Shown here one piece after another: positions 61,811-64,000 of a DNA stretch of 64,000 nt. The DNA comes from Octopus sinensis (Eukaryota): assembly GCF_006345805.1 (NCBI RefSeq), contig NC_043001.1, forward strand, positions 74,090,001 to 74,154,000, read 5' to 3'. Numbering within the stretch: position 1 is the first letter of the stretch; each line of letters begins with the position of its first letter. The notes beneath the pieces are model-generated. The model saw nothing but the letters and a program-made list of their open reading frames with translations, did not search any database and was not told where the DNA came from. Both the position numbers and the translations under genes were made by a program.

Positions 61811-63419
61811 GCCTTTCCTGTCTTTATATTCTAATTTGAGCTACAGAATATTTGTATATAAATTCAGTACCTTCTATTTCTGTTGCTTATTTTTTACCTT
61901 GTATACCATAATTTGGAAATTTTTATGGCTCATGTTCTTTCTTGCATTTAAAACAGAAAGGATGTAATATATAGAGGTATTCCCACTAATCATTTATATA
62001 TTTATTTATTTGCAAGATCTACAATTTATTGGTTGCTAAGTTCTGGGCTGCTTGGAGACCTGAGCTATATGTAGGACTTTGGCTTGCTCAAAAGAAAGGA
62101 TTTCCTGTGTGTGTGTTAACTTTATGGGTCTCTTATTCTTACCCTTTAGCATTTAAACTAGCCATACCAGGCTCAAATATTCAGATGTTATATTGTAGAA
62201 ACTTCTACCCCCTAAAGAAAAATGACATGCCTCTCAACTACATTAATGTTATAAGCTGAGTAATGTATGAGATTGCAAACCTTCTGAAGCTAATGGTGGA
62301 TAGAGGTTCTTATATAGATATAAAACATATCTTGATTGTAGCTGTAGCCAAGATATGTTTTACCATACCACACCAAGATAAAAATACAGGACATAGTTTT
62401 AATTGCCTGTAAATAGTTATTGTATGTATTTGTGTATGTACATAAATACAGGTTTAGTAGGTGATGGGGATAATCATATTCTGAGCTGGTATTCACTGCA
62501 TTTGAATATGTCATACATCTTTTTAGGGGATTTATAGAGTACTAGTGTAAAGTGGTGGAATGACAGAACTGGCTGAGCATCAGATGAGTTGCCTTGTGAT
62601 ATTTATTCTAGCCTGATCTATGGAATCTGAGTTCAAATCCCATGGAGGTCAGCTTTGCTTTTCATTCTTTTTGTGCTTATTAGGACCAGTACTTTTTACG
62701 TGGCATTTTGATTATAGGATATTAGTTCTGTAGTGGTGGGTGGGTAGTATAGCAGTGTTCTACATATATCAGTCCTTTGTCATCTCCTTCGTAAGGTCCA
62801 GTATTTTAAGATTGGCCTTCAGTACTTTGTCCCATGTTTTCTGGGTCTCCTTCTTCCACAACTTCACTCTACTTTGAGTGAATGGTACTTCTTCATGCAT
62901 GGCACTTAAAAATTAATAGTTTGAACTCTGAATGAGCAGGCTTATGATCAAATATATCCTAGCCATGATCTTTTCAGTTTATTTTCAGACTTTATATACA
63001 CTATCTGACACATCCTTCCATTTTTAAGATAAGGAAATTGAAGTGTTATTTCTAGCAGACTGTTTGACCATGTATAAGCTTTCATTGATATGTAGACATG
63101 AATGTTAATGTACTTGACATGTCAGATATTGTAGATATCATTTTCCTGTTCTTATTGACTTAATGACTTAACCATAATTGTTTGTGTGTATGTGTGTGTT
63201 TGCGTATGTGTGTGTGTGAGTATGTATATATGTGTGTGTGTATGTATATGTGTGTTTTGTGTGGTGTGTGTGAGCTCAGGCTCTTATATCTTGCTTAGTG
63301 ACTAATCAGAATGAAGCAGTCATGAAAAAAAAAGTTTGAAACTGTGTGACCAAAATCTACAATTAATTAATGCCATTATAATGTAATTTGTGTGTGTGCG
63401 TGCATGTACACACATATAA

Positions 63420-63482
<63 letters not shown>

Positions 63483-64000
63483 ATGTGTAAGTGTGTGCAT
63501 GTAGCAATCTAAAATATGCCTGCTAAAATGGTGGCCTTCAAAGAAATTTAAGATAATAACCAACCCAAGAAACAGTCCTAATGAGAAATTCACAGAATTC
63601 TAAAGCTATATGTGTATATAATATATATTAAATAATATAATGACCCTCCATGTTTGTTTTTGCCCAGTTTCCTTGTATGTCTCCACTATCATGTTTTTGT
63701 TCCCAATTTTGACCCTCCATAAATCCTAAATTTTATTTTAGAATTTATGAGACCGACTGTCTTTGAAGACTCATTCTGTTGTTGAATGTTCGAAATGAGG
63801 AATAGATAGACAGCTGACAACTGATGAAGGGTCCTTTCTGTGTGTTTACTTGTCCTGTTTTCCATTTTTTCTTGTTGTTTATGTATTTAACTTGTTTGTT
63901 TACATATTTCATGTTATTTGCACTGTTGGTGATGTCCTGTACCCATATATGCATGTGTATATATATATATATATATATAAACAAGGGAGAAATGAAGATG

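Noticed and set aside
55156-64000. Further OAF exons
   Set aside because: No segment encoding the expected continuation (IFRALILGE..GQ..YQ..CF-like) was found. The region is treated as intron 1, although a short exon could have been missed.

Overview
Eukaryotic (animal) genomic DNA, AT-rich and dense in microsatellites and transposons. The tRNA-derived SINE families and the RTE/CR1/R4/Penelope content look like an octopus (coleoid cephalopod) genome; this is an inference from recalled repeat families. Two host genes are supported. The first is a complete three-exon mitochondrial seryl-tRNA synthetase (SARS2, 10586-19534, +, 464 aa after splicing). The second is the first coding exon of an out-at-first homolog (OAF, 54931-55155, +). 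The rest is mobile DNA: mariner and Tc1 relics, RTE, CR1, R4/Dong-type and Penelope-like retroelements, three Helitron-type elements, MITEs, a solo LTR, dozens of SINEs and several recent tandem duplications. The most interesting observations are: (i) a TSD-bounded 1.8 kb ORF1-only (HAL1-like) retroelement whose 3' tail is shared with one SINE subfamily; (ii) a SARS2 that apparently lacks most of the tRNA-binding coiled-coil arm; (iii) a hammerhead-ribozyme-like motif with a non-canonical core in the Penelope terminal repeat; (iv) a PHD-type zinc finger inserted in an RTE reverse transcriptase; (v) apparent partitioning of retroelement families among (TA)n, (TAA)n and (CATA)n targets. Most short ORFs in the supplied track are microsatellite or antisense artefacts. 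All coordinates were read by eye, and repeat boundaries are approximate unless a TSD or terminus is quoted.
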